Shown: one piece after another, positions 1-8,918 of the stretch | How positions within the stretch are numbered: position 1 is the first letter of the stretch | How the letters are laid out: each line of letters starts with the position of its first letter | Assembly: GCA_963764485.1 (NCBI GenBank) | Contig: CAVXSM010000002.1 | Location: 18,639-82,638, forward strand | Length of the DNA stretch: 64,000 nt | Direction: 5' to 3' | DNA from: an uncultured Actinomycetota bacterium | GTDB taxonomy: Bacteria > Actinomycetota > Actinomycetes > Mycobacteriales > Jatrophihabitantaceae | Program-made: the position numbers and the translations under genes | Notes under the pieces: model-generated | Told to the model about the DNA's origin: nothing | The model's input: the letters and a program-made list of their open reading frames with translations, nothing else | The model's database searches: none

Positions 1-1
1 C

Positions 2-625
2 TGGAAGGCCCGCGAGGCGACGCACTGGTCGGTTCAGGCGCTTAATTCACGCGCCCTGTCGTCCGCGGCCATGACCGCGCGTGGTGCGTTCGAGGCCGCC
101 ACCGCGGCGATAGATCATGTCGCCCGCTTACAAAAGGTCAAAAGCGACTTGGCCGCGAGCACATCGTTGTCGCGTCAGATAGAAATCCTTTCGAGGTTCG
201 AGAGAACGTCGGTGCGCGGGATCTGGGGCCGCAAAGGCGGGCTGGTGACGTCGGAAACCAACGCCAACCACTTTCTTGATCATCAACGATCCGTGCTTGA
301 GTACGCGAAGGACGCCGTCGCCGGGCCGGAAATTGTCGCCATGCACTCAGTCGTGTACGCGACGCTTTGCAGCATGGCCCATCCCAGTGCCGACGGGCAC
401 CAGGTGTACTGGATCCCGCCGGCCGAGCATGACGTCGACGTCACGTGGCATATCGGGCTGTCCAGCACCCCCGATCTGCGAGAGCCGCATTCCAGCGCGA
501 TGCTCGAGGTCGTCCTTTGGGCCCTGGGCTGGGCCGCAACTCATTCTGTGCGGGCGGTCGAACTGCTCGAGGAGGAGCGCACGAAGGAACCGTTCCTGCG
601 TTCATCTAAGACTCAGAGATCGTAG
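2..625 (+). CDS. 5'-truncated hypothetical protein, DUF5677/HEPN-like
   Basis: Frame is open from the window edge (WKAREATHWSVQALNSRALSSAAMTARGAFE...). The AAxxARxxxE and YxxLCSxAHP motifs resemble DUF5677/HEPN-like proteins. Confidence 0.45.
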   Translation, partial: WKAREATHWSVQALNSRALSSAAMTARGAFEAATAAIDHVARLQKVKSDLAASTSLSRQIEILSRFERTSVRGIWGRKGGLVTSETNANHFLDHQRSVLEYAKDAVAGPEIVAMHSVVYATLCSMAHPSADGHQVYWIPPAEHDVDVTWHIGLSSTPDLREPHSSAMLEVVLWALGWAATHSVRAVELLEEERTKEPFLRSSKTQRS

Positions 626-932
626 GGCGGCTCCTCGCTCGACGTGATCAATCGAATGAAGCTGCGGCTCCCGAGGGGTTATCTGTCCGGGCAGCCTCGT
701 TTGAAACGGGGTCCCGGACATGCTCGGGGCATGCCGCCGCACTGCGCTGCAGCGGTTGACCCGTGTGCAGCGCGGACGGGCGACGTACGACGTACGACGT
801 GCAGAACCGCCGTCGGCAGTTAGCGACTTGTCGCAGTTTGCACCGCCGTTGGGTGCGAGTAGACATGCGCTACCGGTAGTTCCCCTTGCACGCCGCAACG
901 AAGTATTTGCCGGACGGAGAGGTGCTCAGGCC

Positions 933-2249
933 ATGAGCGTCGTTGCCGAGCTTCACCACAAGCTCAATCCCGCCGGTTCTTCAGATGCCAGCCGCATGGA
1001 AGACACGCTCACGGACGCCGTGTTCTCCGCGCTCAAGTATCTGCCCTGGGATCGGGGGCTTGCGCCTTTCCTGAGTCTCGCCGGTGGGCCTGCTGCGGGC
1101 ATGATCGATGATGGAGACGTCACCATCGACTTCTGGCCCAAGTTGCCGAGTCTTAGAACGGCGTCCGGATTTGTGGAACCCGACGTGCTCATCGCCGCCG
1201 CCGGCAAAGTGGTCTGCGTGGAAGCGAAGTTCAGGGCGACGTTCGGCAGGTACGCCGATCCGGGCGATGGCCTGGGACCGCTTCACCAACTTGCCGTGCA
1301 GGCGCAGGCCTTGGTGGACACTACGCACGTTGGCTCAGATGCTGTGGTGTTAGCCGTCACCGATGCTCCCGATTTTCCTGCTAAGGAGTTTGCGACGGCT
1401 CGGACGGATTTGGGTCGGCTGGGAGTCGACCCTCGAGGGGTGACTCTCGCCTGGATGGGCTGGCATCAGATCGGCGCTCTATTGAAGGACATGACCGGCT
1501 TGAGCCCGAATGAGCAGGCGTTGCGAGACGATGTCGTCGACTTTCTGACCTTGCGGAAGGTGCTATCGGTGTACAAGCCCATCGATCCGAAAGACTGGGC
1601 GGTAATCGGGCAGGCAACCGCCGTCGGCGCTGACCGAGTTTTTCCGGCGATTGCCGTCTTCCAACGAAATCTTGAACAGTCGTTGGTGCCTGACGGGATC
1701 GTTTGGGGTCACCCTCAGAAGGGGGTGCAGTTTAGCTCGACGACCTCACTCGACCGAGCGAGCGCATGGTTTCAGGGCCGCGTCCTTTTGCCTTGGTGGT
1801 TTACCGGGTGGGGGGAGCTGACGGACGCGGCCAAGTTCTGGCTGGGTCTCTACACCTGTTTCGACTTCACCGAGGCTGCTATCGAGGTGGGGTTCGCTGT
1901 CGCCCCGCCGAATGCCGCTGCAGCCACCAACGACTGGGTACCGGTGGCGGACGAGTTAGCCCGCGAACTTGCAGCGCTCCCCCTGCCTTCAGGTGAAGTG
2001 GCTGTCGCCGGGAATGTCATCAGCCCCTCGACGGCCAGTATCGCCTCGGATGAGATCAACACGGGCTGGCTCATTGACCGGTTCAATAACTTCAGCGGCT
2101 GCTTGATGCTGCGGAAGCGGCTTCCCGCCGATTCCAGCATCACCGCCGTTCGCGCCAATTTGCTTGAACTTCTCGACGTGATTTCGCAGTGCCCCACTCT
2201 GATGACCTTGTACGCCCGCGGACCTCGGGCACCCCGCGCTGTTCCTTGA
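933..2249 (+). CDS. PD-(D/E)XK nuclease family protein
   Basis: EDxLTDAVF ... FWP ... EPDVLI ... VCVEAKF ... QL motifs; start moved to ATG 933 (MSVVAELHHKL). Confidence 0.7.
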   Translation: MSVVAELHHKLNPAGSSDASRMEDTLTDAVFSALKYLPWDRGLAPFLSLAGGPAAGMIDDGDVTIDFWPKLPSLRTASGFVEPDVLIAAAGKVVCVEAKFRATFGRYADPGDGLGPLHQLAVQAQALVDTTHVGSDAVVLAVTDAPDFPAKEFATARTDLGRLGVDPRGVTLAWMGWHQIGALLKDMTGLSPNEQALRDDVVDFLTLRKVLSVYKPIDPKDWAVIGQATAVGADRVFPAIAVFQRNLEQSLVPDGIVWGHPQKGVQFSSTTSLDRASAWFQGRVLLPWWFTGWGELTDAAKFWLGLYTCFDFTEAAIEVGFAVAPPNAAAATNDWVPVADELARELAALPLPSGEVAVAGNVISPSTASIASDEINTGWLIDRFNNFSGCLMLRKRLPADSSITAVRANLLELLDVISQCPTLMTLYARGPRAPRAVP

Positions 2250-2358
2250 TGGTTGCATTCTGAACTGCCACAGGTCGGCCATGGCCGCCGGCGGGCCATG
2301 GGACGTATCACGGCAACGCGGTCGCGGAGGCAATTCGAAACTCAGGACCGACGCCCGC

Positions 2359-3530
2359 CTAGACAAGCGCCGGCCGACCCGATAGGTCCTCGATGAGTTC
2401 GCGCAGATCAGCGAGGGTGAACGGGTAACCCAATCTAGTTCCGTCCCGTCCCACGGACTTCGATGCCATCCGCCAGCAGATCGACATCTCCGTCGATCGC
2501 GAGGACACCCTCGATCGCGGCGGCGTCCTCGATCTCCAGCATCGCAAGTAGCCCAGGGCCGTCGTGTGCGACGTCGTCGGCATGGCGCAGGACATACTCC
2601 CGGGACGTGATCTCTGGGTCCAAGAACGTGGCGCTATCGACGGACACGAAGCTGTCGGGCCGGCGCAGAAGCTGCCCCCACACATCGCGTACCGTCTCGC
2701 CCAAGGCGCGGTGTTCGGGCCGCGCCGGCGAATGCTTGTATTCCTGATTGCCGTGGCTCAAGACGTGGACGATCCGCACTCGCGAGGCGCCCCCAGCGTC
2801 GTCTTGTTCCAGTGCGTGCGCGAGGAGTTGTTGGCGGACCAATTGATAGAACGGTTCATCCAGCAGCAGATCGAACGGGAGTAAATCGCCCCGGATCGGA
2901 CCGTCGGGTTCCGCGACAGCGGCGCCGTAACGGGCGAGGCGGATCTTGTCCTTCTGAGGGACCGGCGGGCGGATGCGGTAGGACTCGGTGTATTTCCGCT
3001 CGATTAACACGAGACTCGACGATCCCGTCGACCGTGCGGTGCTTGAACGCCGCATCGACACTTGTACAGGCGGCGCCGCGGATGCGCATGCCGCCCGGAA
3101 CTTCGCCGAAGTAATCCCTCGGCCCGATGTACTCGAAGGTCAAGTACCGTCCGGGCTCGATCTGCAGAACCTCGGCCGTGCCGAGAACGTCGCCAAAGGC
3201 TCGTACCAGGCGATCAGGGTCCGCCACCATCTGGCCGAGCGCATTCACGCATTGGACCTGTGAGCTGACGAGGTGATTGCTCGGCCCTGCACCGACACCG
3301 GCGTGCCACGGAATGTTGAGGGCAGTGAACAGCGCCAACGCCGTGTCGCGGACCTCAGGCATCAGGTTGTAGTTCGCGAATTCTGGCGGCACGCCGAAGC
3401 CGGACAACGCCGGTCGCGGACGACCGTCCTGTCCGATTTACGGCGCGGGGACCTTGGCCTCGATGGGCAGGGTCGTCGAGTGCATCTTCCAAGCGATTGC
3501 TCGGGCCTTTTCTTGCTCTGTGTAGGTCAT
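2359..3530 (-). pseudogene. Decayed PGN_0703-like putative restriction endonuclease
   Basis: Motifs IPWH, HLVSSQVQCVN, FEY, RGAACTSVDAAF, LIE(R)KYTE and YQLVRQQLLA are spread over three frames. In-frame TAA at 3438-3440; frameshifts near 3015 and 2450. Confidence 0.7.
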
Positions 3531-3700
3531 CTGACTTCACGGTAGAACCGGGGTCTGACATTTTCGGGCCATGCGGGGATCAGGCCGAGCTACGACTCAG
3601 ATCGGCGGGCGGTCGCGCTCCACACGACGCAGCGCTCATTTGCCGCGGGATGCGGCCTGCCTGGTCTGTACACGAGGCTCGCCGTCATCGGCCACCCAAA

Positions 3701-3964
3701 TCACCAGGTCGCCCTCGTCTGCCGACATGTTCGCGGCGAGTCCTGGAGCTCGACGACCCGGATCGGATACATCAGTGTCCCGGCCGTGTCGCCTCTAGAC
3801 ACCTCGACGCCGGCGCCCTCGAGCAAGCGGACTTCGCCGCCAGTATCGCCAAACAGCACCCTTGCGAGATTTTCCTCATTGTCGGCTCGGAGCACGGCCA
3901 TAAGCTCGCGGTCGTTGTGAGCCACGGTTTCGGTCGGTTCACCTGATGCAATTTCGTCGGGCAT
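3701..3964 (-). CDS. Small hypothetical protein similar to the C-terminal domain of the neighbouring nuclease
   Basis: VAHNDRELMAVL...GEVRLLEGAGVEV...LMYP aligns by eye with VAHDGPGLLAML...GDVDLLADGIEV...LGYP. Confidence 0.5.
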   Translation of the reverse strand: MPDEIASGEPTETVAHNDRELMAVLRADNEENLARVLFGDTGGEVRLLEGAGVEVSRGDTAGTLMYPIRVVELQDSPRTCRQTRATW

Positions 3965-4250
3965 GACCGACGAGTACGACGCCTAGACGCGCGCGAAGGC
4001 CGCCTAATGAAGGTTCATCCCCCGCGCGACTGAGCCGGAATTTGGGTAGCCGGGACCTCCGCCTCTGACACGGGTCGCCGCGAAGGGCTCTCCTGGCAGG
4101 TGGCCAGGTCCGGGCCGATGACAAACGAGCAAAACGTGCGAGGTCCTAGCAAGATCGCGGCGTCCAGGCTTGCGAGCCCGCCGTTGTTCTTGGTGTCGAG
4201 GTACGACGCGATTCAATTCCCTCGGTGAAGATGGCAGATCTGGAGCGCTC

Positions 4251-5096
4251 ATGAGGCGAATGTGTTCGAGAGCAACGGTGGGATTGTTTGCCATCGCTCT
4301 TGTGGCCTGCAGTGGCCCCAGCACATCGAAGGGCTCGTCCGCAAATTCGCGGGTGGGCGGTAGCTCGACCCCGACGTCGCCAGTTGCCTCGTCAAGTTCG
4401 CCCGCAGCCCCAGTGACCCCGCTGCGGGCATGGTTGGCGTCCGTACTTAAGGACTTTGAGCAGGTCGCGACGGTGTTCGGACGAGTTGGAGCCGATGCGG
4501 CCTTGACCGACTCGGATTGCCAGTCAATCCGGAATGTCGCCAACCCGTTAACGAGAGCGCCATCCGCTCCTGACGCCGCAGTCCGCGGGCAAATGAAGAG
4601 GGTTGTTTCGTCTCTTCGATCGTCGGTCAGCGAGTGTTCGAAAGCCAGATCGGTCGCGGCTTCCGCCTACCTGTATGACGCGCTTCTGTCAGTCGGATCG
4701 GTCATCCGCAATCCCGGACTGGAGGGTGCGGGCGGCTTTACAGTCCCGCCCATTCCAGACAAGCTCGCGGTGGGCTTCTGGCTCGCCAAGTTACAAGACA
4801 CCCTGACCACGCTGATGAAGGACGTCACCACCGTCTCGATCGATTTAACGACGCGCCAATACGGCGGCGGCAGCAGCCCGCCAGATTGCACGGAGCTGAC
4901 TGTTCTCCACAAGCGACTACAGAAGAGCCCGCCGCCGATCTACGTGTCGATCCAGAACGCCTTCAAATCGATACTCTCAAATTTGGCTACCGAAGCTCGG
5001 GCATGCACCGCCGGCAATTCGTCGACTGCCGCCACCGCAGCCGACAACATCACCCAAGAAGAGACCGATCTGGTCGCCGAGGTAGGTGCGCTGTAG
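4251..5096 (+). CDS. Lipoprotein with two repeated helical Cys-containing domains
   Basis: Signal peptide with lipobox LVAC, Ser/Pro linker, two WL...DC...P....C units. Confidence 0.65.
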   Translation: MRRMCSRATVGLFAIALVACSGPSTSKGSSANSRVGGSSTPTSPVASSSSPAAPVTPLRAWLASVLKDFEQVATVFGRVGADAALTDSDCQSIRNVANPLTRAPSAPDAAVRGQMKRVVSSLRSSVSECSKARSVAASAYLYDALLSVGSVIRNPGLEGAGGFTVPPIPDKLAVGFWLAKLQDTLTTLMKDVTTVSIDLTTRQYGGGSSPPDCTELTVLHKRLQKSPPPIYVSIQNAFKSILSNLATEARACTAGNSSTAATAADNITQEETDLVAEVGAL

Positions 5097-5345
5097 CAGC
5101 CGAAAGAGTCGGAGCTCGTCGCGAGCCACGTATAGGCAGGGATCAGTTCCTCTCTGGCGAGCCTGGCGGTGCCCAGTCGTGGGCTTCTTCGAGGACAACA
5201 GCCGCTGTGGAGCGACGTCATCGTGATCACATAAATCCGGCGGCAGCGGCAGCTACCAGATCTGCGCAGCTAACCCTCGTTTGTGAGGGCAGGCCGTGCC
5301 CTCGATACTCAAAACTTGAGCAGACGACCGCGGGAGGGGTAGGCA

Positions 5346-5582
5346 ATGACCGTGGAGATTTTTCCGTACGACCGCACGCGTCATGGGCCGAAGGACGTCA
5401 GCGCCCAGAATCGCTGCGGACAGGGCGGGCGCGACACCTGTGAAGTATCGCCGGTGTTTTCCGTGGTTGGGACGAACCCGAACTACAAAGTCGCCACATG
5501 TGACAGTCACGTGGCCGGCGCCCTTCGTCAGGCATTGGGCATGCCCGAGCGCAAGCCAACTGGGAGTGATCATCCGAGCTGA
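5346..5582 (+). CDS. Small Cys/His protein (possible zinc-binding)
   Basis: GGGAGG RBS upstream; C-x7-C...C-x2-H pattern. Confidence 0.45.
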   Translation: MTVEIFPYDRTRHGPKDVSAQNRCGQGGRDTCEVSPVFSVVGTNPNYKVATCDSHVAGALRQALGMPERKPTGSDHPS

Positions 5583-5609
5583 CAGCCGATTGGGGCGAGA
5601 GGAGCCGGC

Positions 5610-6416
5610 GTGAGCAGGTTGAACGACCGCATCGCAAATCAGCTGAGGCGTGTGCGCAGCCAAGGCGGCGTGCCGCAAGCTCAGCAGCCGCGGTCCGGGC
5701 AACGCCTCGTCTCGTTTTACGACATCAACCGCCGACGAACGTCGGAGGGCGTCGACCAAGTCTCAATTCGTGAAGCGGGCGAGTACACCGTCACAGGGCC
5801 GGTGATCACCAATGTTGTGTACGTGACTCACCCGGTTGACGAGATGCGGTTGATACCGTTCGCGGACTTCGATGAGACCCTGGCAAAGGACAGGCTCGAG
5901 GAAGCGCTTCGCGTGTTCACCGCCCTCGGCGCGTCTCGGGTAGTCGCCACTGCAAATCGGGTGGACGTCGCACGCGGGTCAGCCCGGATTGGTCGCCGCA
6001 AGACCGGACTAGCTGTGAGCGTAGGACGCGGGTCGTCTTGGCAACTCGCGGTTGACCAGCGCGGGAATGGTGGCTCGCCGATCGACCCGAGGCCGTTGCG
6101 CTACTCGGACATTTCGGGTCTGGAGTCGGCATGCGACGTCGTGCTGCGAAACGGCGGTTCTCATTTCAAGATCGAAATCGAGTCGAAGGCTCAGTTCGGC
6201 GTCGACAGTGAGCTCGCTGCCAAGCTGAAGAAGGCCGGCTTCACGGTGTCGCTGTCCGCCGAACGAACTCGACACAACCAATTCATCATCGAAGCGGTGT
6301 TCGGCAAGGATGCAGCGGCCACGCTCGATGCCGTCGTCGCTGCGGTACTGCCAGACCCGCTCGCTGAGGCAAGTCGGTTTGAGGCATGGCGTAAGCGTCG
6401 AAATCAGCGCGGCTAG
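5610..6416 (+). CDS. Hypothetical protein (YVxHP...LGA motif, beta-rich)
   Basis: 268-aa ORF with protein-like composition and a GAGGAG RBS upstream. Confidence 0.6.
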   Translation: MSRLNDRIANQLRRVRSQGGVPQAQQPRSGQRLVSFYDINRRRTSEGVDQVSIREAGEYTVTGPVITNVVYVTHPVDEMRLIPFADFDETLAKDRLEEALRVFTALGASRVVATANRVDVARGSARIGRRKTGLAVSVGRGSSWQLAVDQRGNGGSPIDPRPLRYSDISGLESACDVVLRNGGSHFKIEIESKAQFGVDSELAAKLKKAGFTVSLSAERTRHNQFIIEAVFGKDAAATLDAVVAAVLPDPLAEASRFEAWRKRRNQRG

Positions 6417-6716
6417 ACCCGCAGATTGCTTGGCCACACGACTCGTTTCGCGCGTGCAGCCCGACGCGATCGCGGATAGCCCTCGTTTCTGCGAGGAATG
6501 TTCTACCGGATGCGTATGCAGGCGCCTGCATGCCCACCCGTCACCGAGGCCGACCGATAAGCGCGCGACAGCGGCACGTCCGACATCATGTGGTGCTCCC
6601 GCGAGATCTCCGCACACAGAGTGCCCCTACCAAACCGCTGCGGCCGCCCGCGAACGAAATCCGCTACGTAAAACCCATGGCGATAGGAGCAGGTGCGCAC
6701 GCAGGAGGCATTCAGC

Positions 6717-6989
6717 ATGGACCACCAAGCCCGGGGATTGGAATCTCGGCTCTATCACGTGGAGGAGGCGGCGAAGATCCTCTCGATCGGCCGCACGAAG
6801 ACGTACGAGCTCATCGCCGACGGTGTACTGCACGCGATCCACCTCGGCCGAGCCACGCGAGTCAGCGGCAAGGAGATCGAGCGGTTCATCCGCAGCGTCG
6901 ACCGGCCCGAGCACATGTCACCCGGCCACCGCCAATCAAGGCGGGCGTCTGTGGACGAGCCGAGCCTATTCGACCCCGAGCCCGCGTAG
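6717..6989 (+). CDS. Excisionase / HTH_17 DNA-binding protein
   Basis: LYHVEEAAKILSIGRTKTYELIADG pattern; AGGAGG RBS; directly upstream of the integrase. Confidence 0.85.
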   Translation: MDHQARGLESRLYHVEEAAKILSIGRTKTYELIADGVLHAIHLGRATRVSGKEIERFIRSVDRPEHMSPGHRQSRRASVDEPSLFDPEPA

Positions 6990-7048
6990 GCAACCACGAT
7001 GCCGCACTGCGCGGCAGACTTGATCATGCGATCGAAAGGACGAGTTGC

Positions 7049-8312
7049 ATGAGCGAGAAGCGCAGCGCCGGCGAGGCCAGCATCTTCAAGGGCGACGACG
7101 GCCGCTGGCACGGCTGGATCACGGTCGGCACGCAAGGCGAACGGCAAACCGCGACCGCCGGCACCGCAGCGCCAAGACCCGCGCCGAGGTCGTCAAGAAG
7201 ATCCGCGAGCTCGAGGTGCGGCGCGAGACCGGCACCATCACCGGCGTCAACTCCGACACCGTCGAGGCGTGGCTCGACCACTGGCTGCCGAACATCGCGG
7301 CCCGCCGCGTACGGGAGCGGACGCTCGAGAGCTACGAGTCGATGATCCGCATGCACATCACGCCGCACATCGGCGGGCAGCGACTCGACAGGCTTCAGCC
7401 CGAGCACCTCGAGCAGCTCTACAACCTGCTGCTCGAGCAGGGCCTGTCCCCCACTACCGTGCTGCGCGTCCACCGGATCATCTCCCGCGCGCTGAAGGTC
7501 GCGATGCAGCGCCAGCGCATCCACCGCAACGTCGCGACGCTGGTCGACCCGCCGGCGCAGCGGATGAGCGAGGTCGCCACCGCGCTCACGCTCGAAGAGG
7601 CCACCGCCGTCCTGCACACCGCGCAGAGTCAGCGCAACGCCGCCCGCTGGACCGTCGCTCTCGCCCTCGGCCTGCGGCAGTCCGAGGCGCTGGCGCTGCA
7701 GTGGAAGGACATCGACCTGCTCAACGGCACGCTGACCGTTCGCCGCACCCTGCACCGGGTGAAGGGCAAGGGCCTGGTCTACGAGCCGCCGAAGACCAAG
7801 CGCAGCATGCGCACCCTCGCCCTGCCCGTGCCGCTCGTGCGCGCGCTGCACGAGCACAAGGCGCGGCAGACCGGCGAGCGGATGCTCGCCGGCCAACGAC
7901 TGGGCAGGACGAGGACCTCGTCTTCGCCCAGCCCAACGGCCGACCGATCGACAAGAAGGTCGACTACAAGCACTGGCGCAACCTGCTGCGCGAGGCCGGC
8001 GTCCGGCACGTGCGGCTGCACGACGGCCGGCACACCGCGGCGACGCTGCTGCTGTCCGAGGGCGTGCATCCCCGTGTGGTCATGGAGCTGCTCGGCCACT
8101 CGCAGATGCGCACCACGATGGACATCTACAGCCACGTCATGCCCGCCCTGGCCCGCGAAGCGGCCGACCGGATGGGCGCCGTCCTGCTCGGCGGAAGCGT
8201 GACAATCGCACCCGCACGGACGCCTGCGATCGAGGGCGAACTGCAACCACTTGCAACCAAAGATGCAACCAGGCGCAACCAGGATGATCTTGAGGAGGCT
8301 CTAGCCCTTTAG
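7049..8312 (+). CDS. Tyrosine recombinase/integrase (two apparent frameshifts, ~7135 and ~7900)
   Basis: N-terminal GEASIFKGDDGRW; catalytic LGLRQSEAL, PKT, LHDGRHTAAT and LLGHSQMRTTMDIYSH motifs all intact. Confidence 0.9.
8242..8281 (+). repeat. Four (T/C)GCAACCA direct repeats, putative integrase arm-type sites
   Basis: Copies at 8242, 8252, 8264 and 8274, about 40 bp from the tRNA 3' end. Confidence 0.6.
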
Positions 8313-8319
8313 AAATGGG

Positions 8320-8392
8320 TGGAGCTGAGGGGACTCGAACCCCTGACCCCCACACTGCCAGTGTGGTGCGCTACCAGCTGCGCCACAGCCCC
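8320..8392 (-). tRNA. tRNA-Ala (GGC)
   Basis: Reverse complement GGGGCTGTGGCGCAGCTGGTAGCGCA CCACA CTGGCAG TGTGG GGGTCAGGGGTTCGAGTCCCCTCAGCTCCA folds as a cloverleaf with anticodon GGC and a G3:U70 pair. Confidence 0.97.
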
Positions 8393-8577
8393 TTCCAGCG
8401 CCCGAACCGTAGCCCGGACGACCGAAGCGAAAGCCTACACGGCGCGCCGCGCCCGCCCGTCACCGGCCAGCGCCAAGAACGACACGCCGAACGCCCGGAC
8501 CCCCCTGATTACGGGGATTTCAGCGCCGCGGGCCATACTGGGGCCAGCAAGGACACCAACGACCAAGAGGAGACCTC

Positions 8578-8856
8578 GTGAACCGCAAGGAACTGGTGGC
8601 CGCCGTCGCCGACGGCGCCGACCTGGAGCAGAAGACGGTCGACGCCGTCCTGCGCTCCCTCCAGTCCACGCTCGAGGGCGCCGCCGCCAAGGGCGAGAAG
8701 GTCAGCGTCCCCGGATTCTTCGCACTCTCGGTCGGCGACCGCGCCGCCCGCGAGGGCCGCAACCCGGCCACCGGCGAGACCATCAAGATCCCGGCCGCCA
8801 AGACGGTCAAGTTCACCGCCGGCAGCGCCCTGAAGGACGCCGCCAACAACAAGTAG
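8578..8856 (+). CDS. hup: HU family DNA-binding protein
   Basis: MNRKELV...AAREGRNPATGETIKIPAAKTVKFTAG. Confidence 0.92.
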   Translation: MNRKELVAAVADGADLEQKTVDAVLRSLQSTLEGAAAKGEKVSVPGFFALSVGDRAAREGRNPATGETIKIPAAKTVKFTAGSALKDAANNK

Positions 8857-8871
8857 CCCCAGCAGCACGAC

Positions 8872-8914
8872 GAAGGCCCGGCCCCTCTCGCTCCAGAGAG
8901 GGGCCGGGCCTTTC
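8872..8914. terminator. Intrinsic, probably bidirectional terminator
   Basis: AAGGCCCGGCCCCTCTC-gctcca-GAGAGGGGCCGGGCCTT hairpin between convergent genes. Confidence 0.8.
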
Positions 8915-8918
8915 GTCG

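Larger units (their letters stand above)
1..8319. mobile_element. Right end of an integrative element/genomic island inserted at tRNA-Ala(GGC)
   Basis: Excisionase and tyrosine integrase abut the tRNA 3' end; TGCAACCA repeats; accessory cargo visibly richer in A/T at third codon positions. The other att site is not in the window. Confidence 0.8.
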
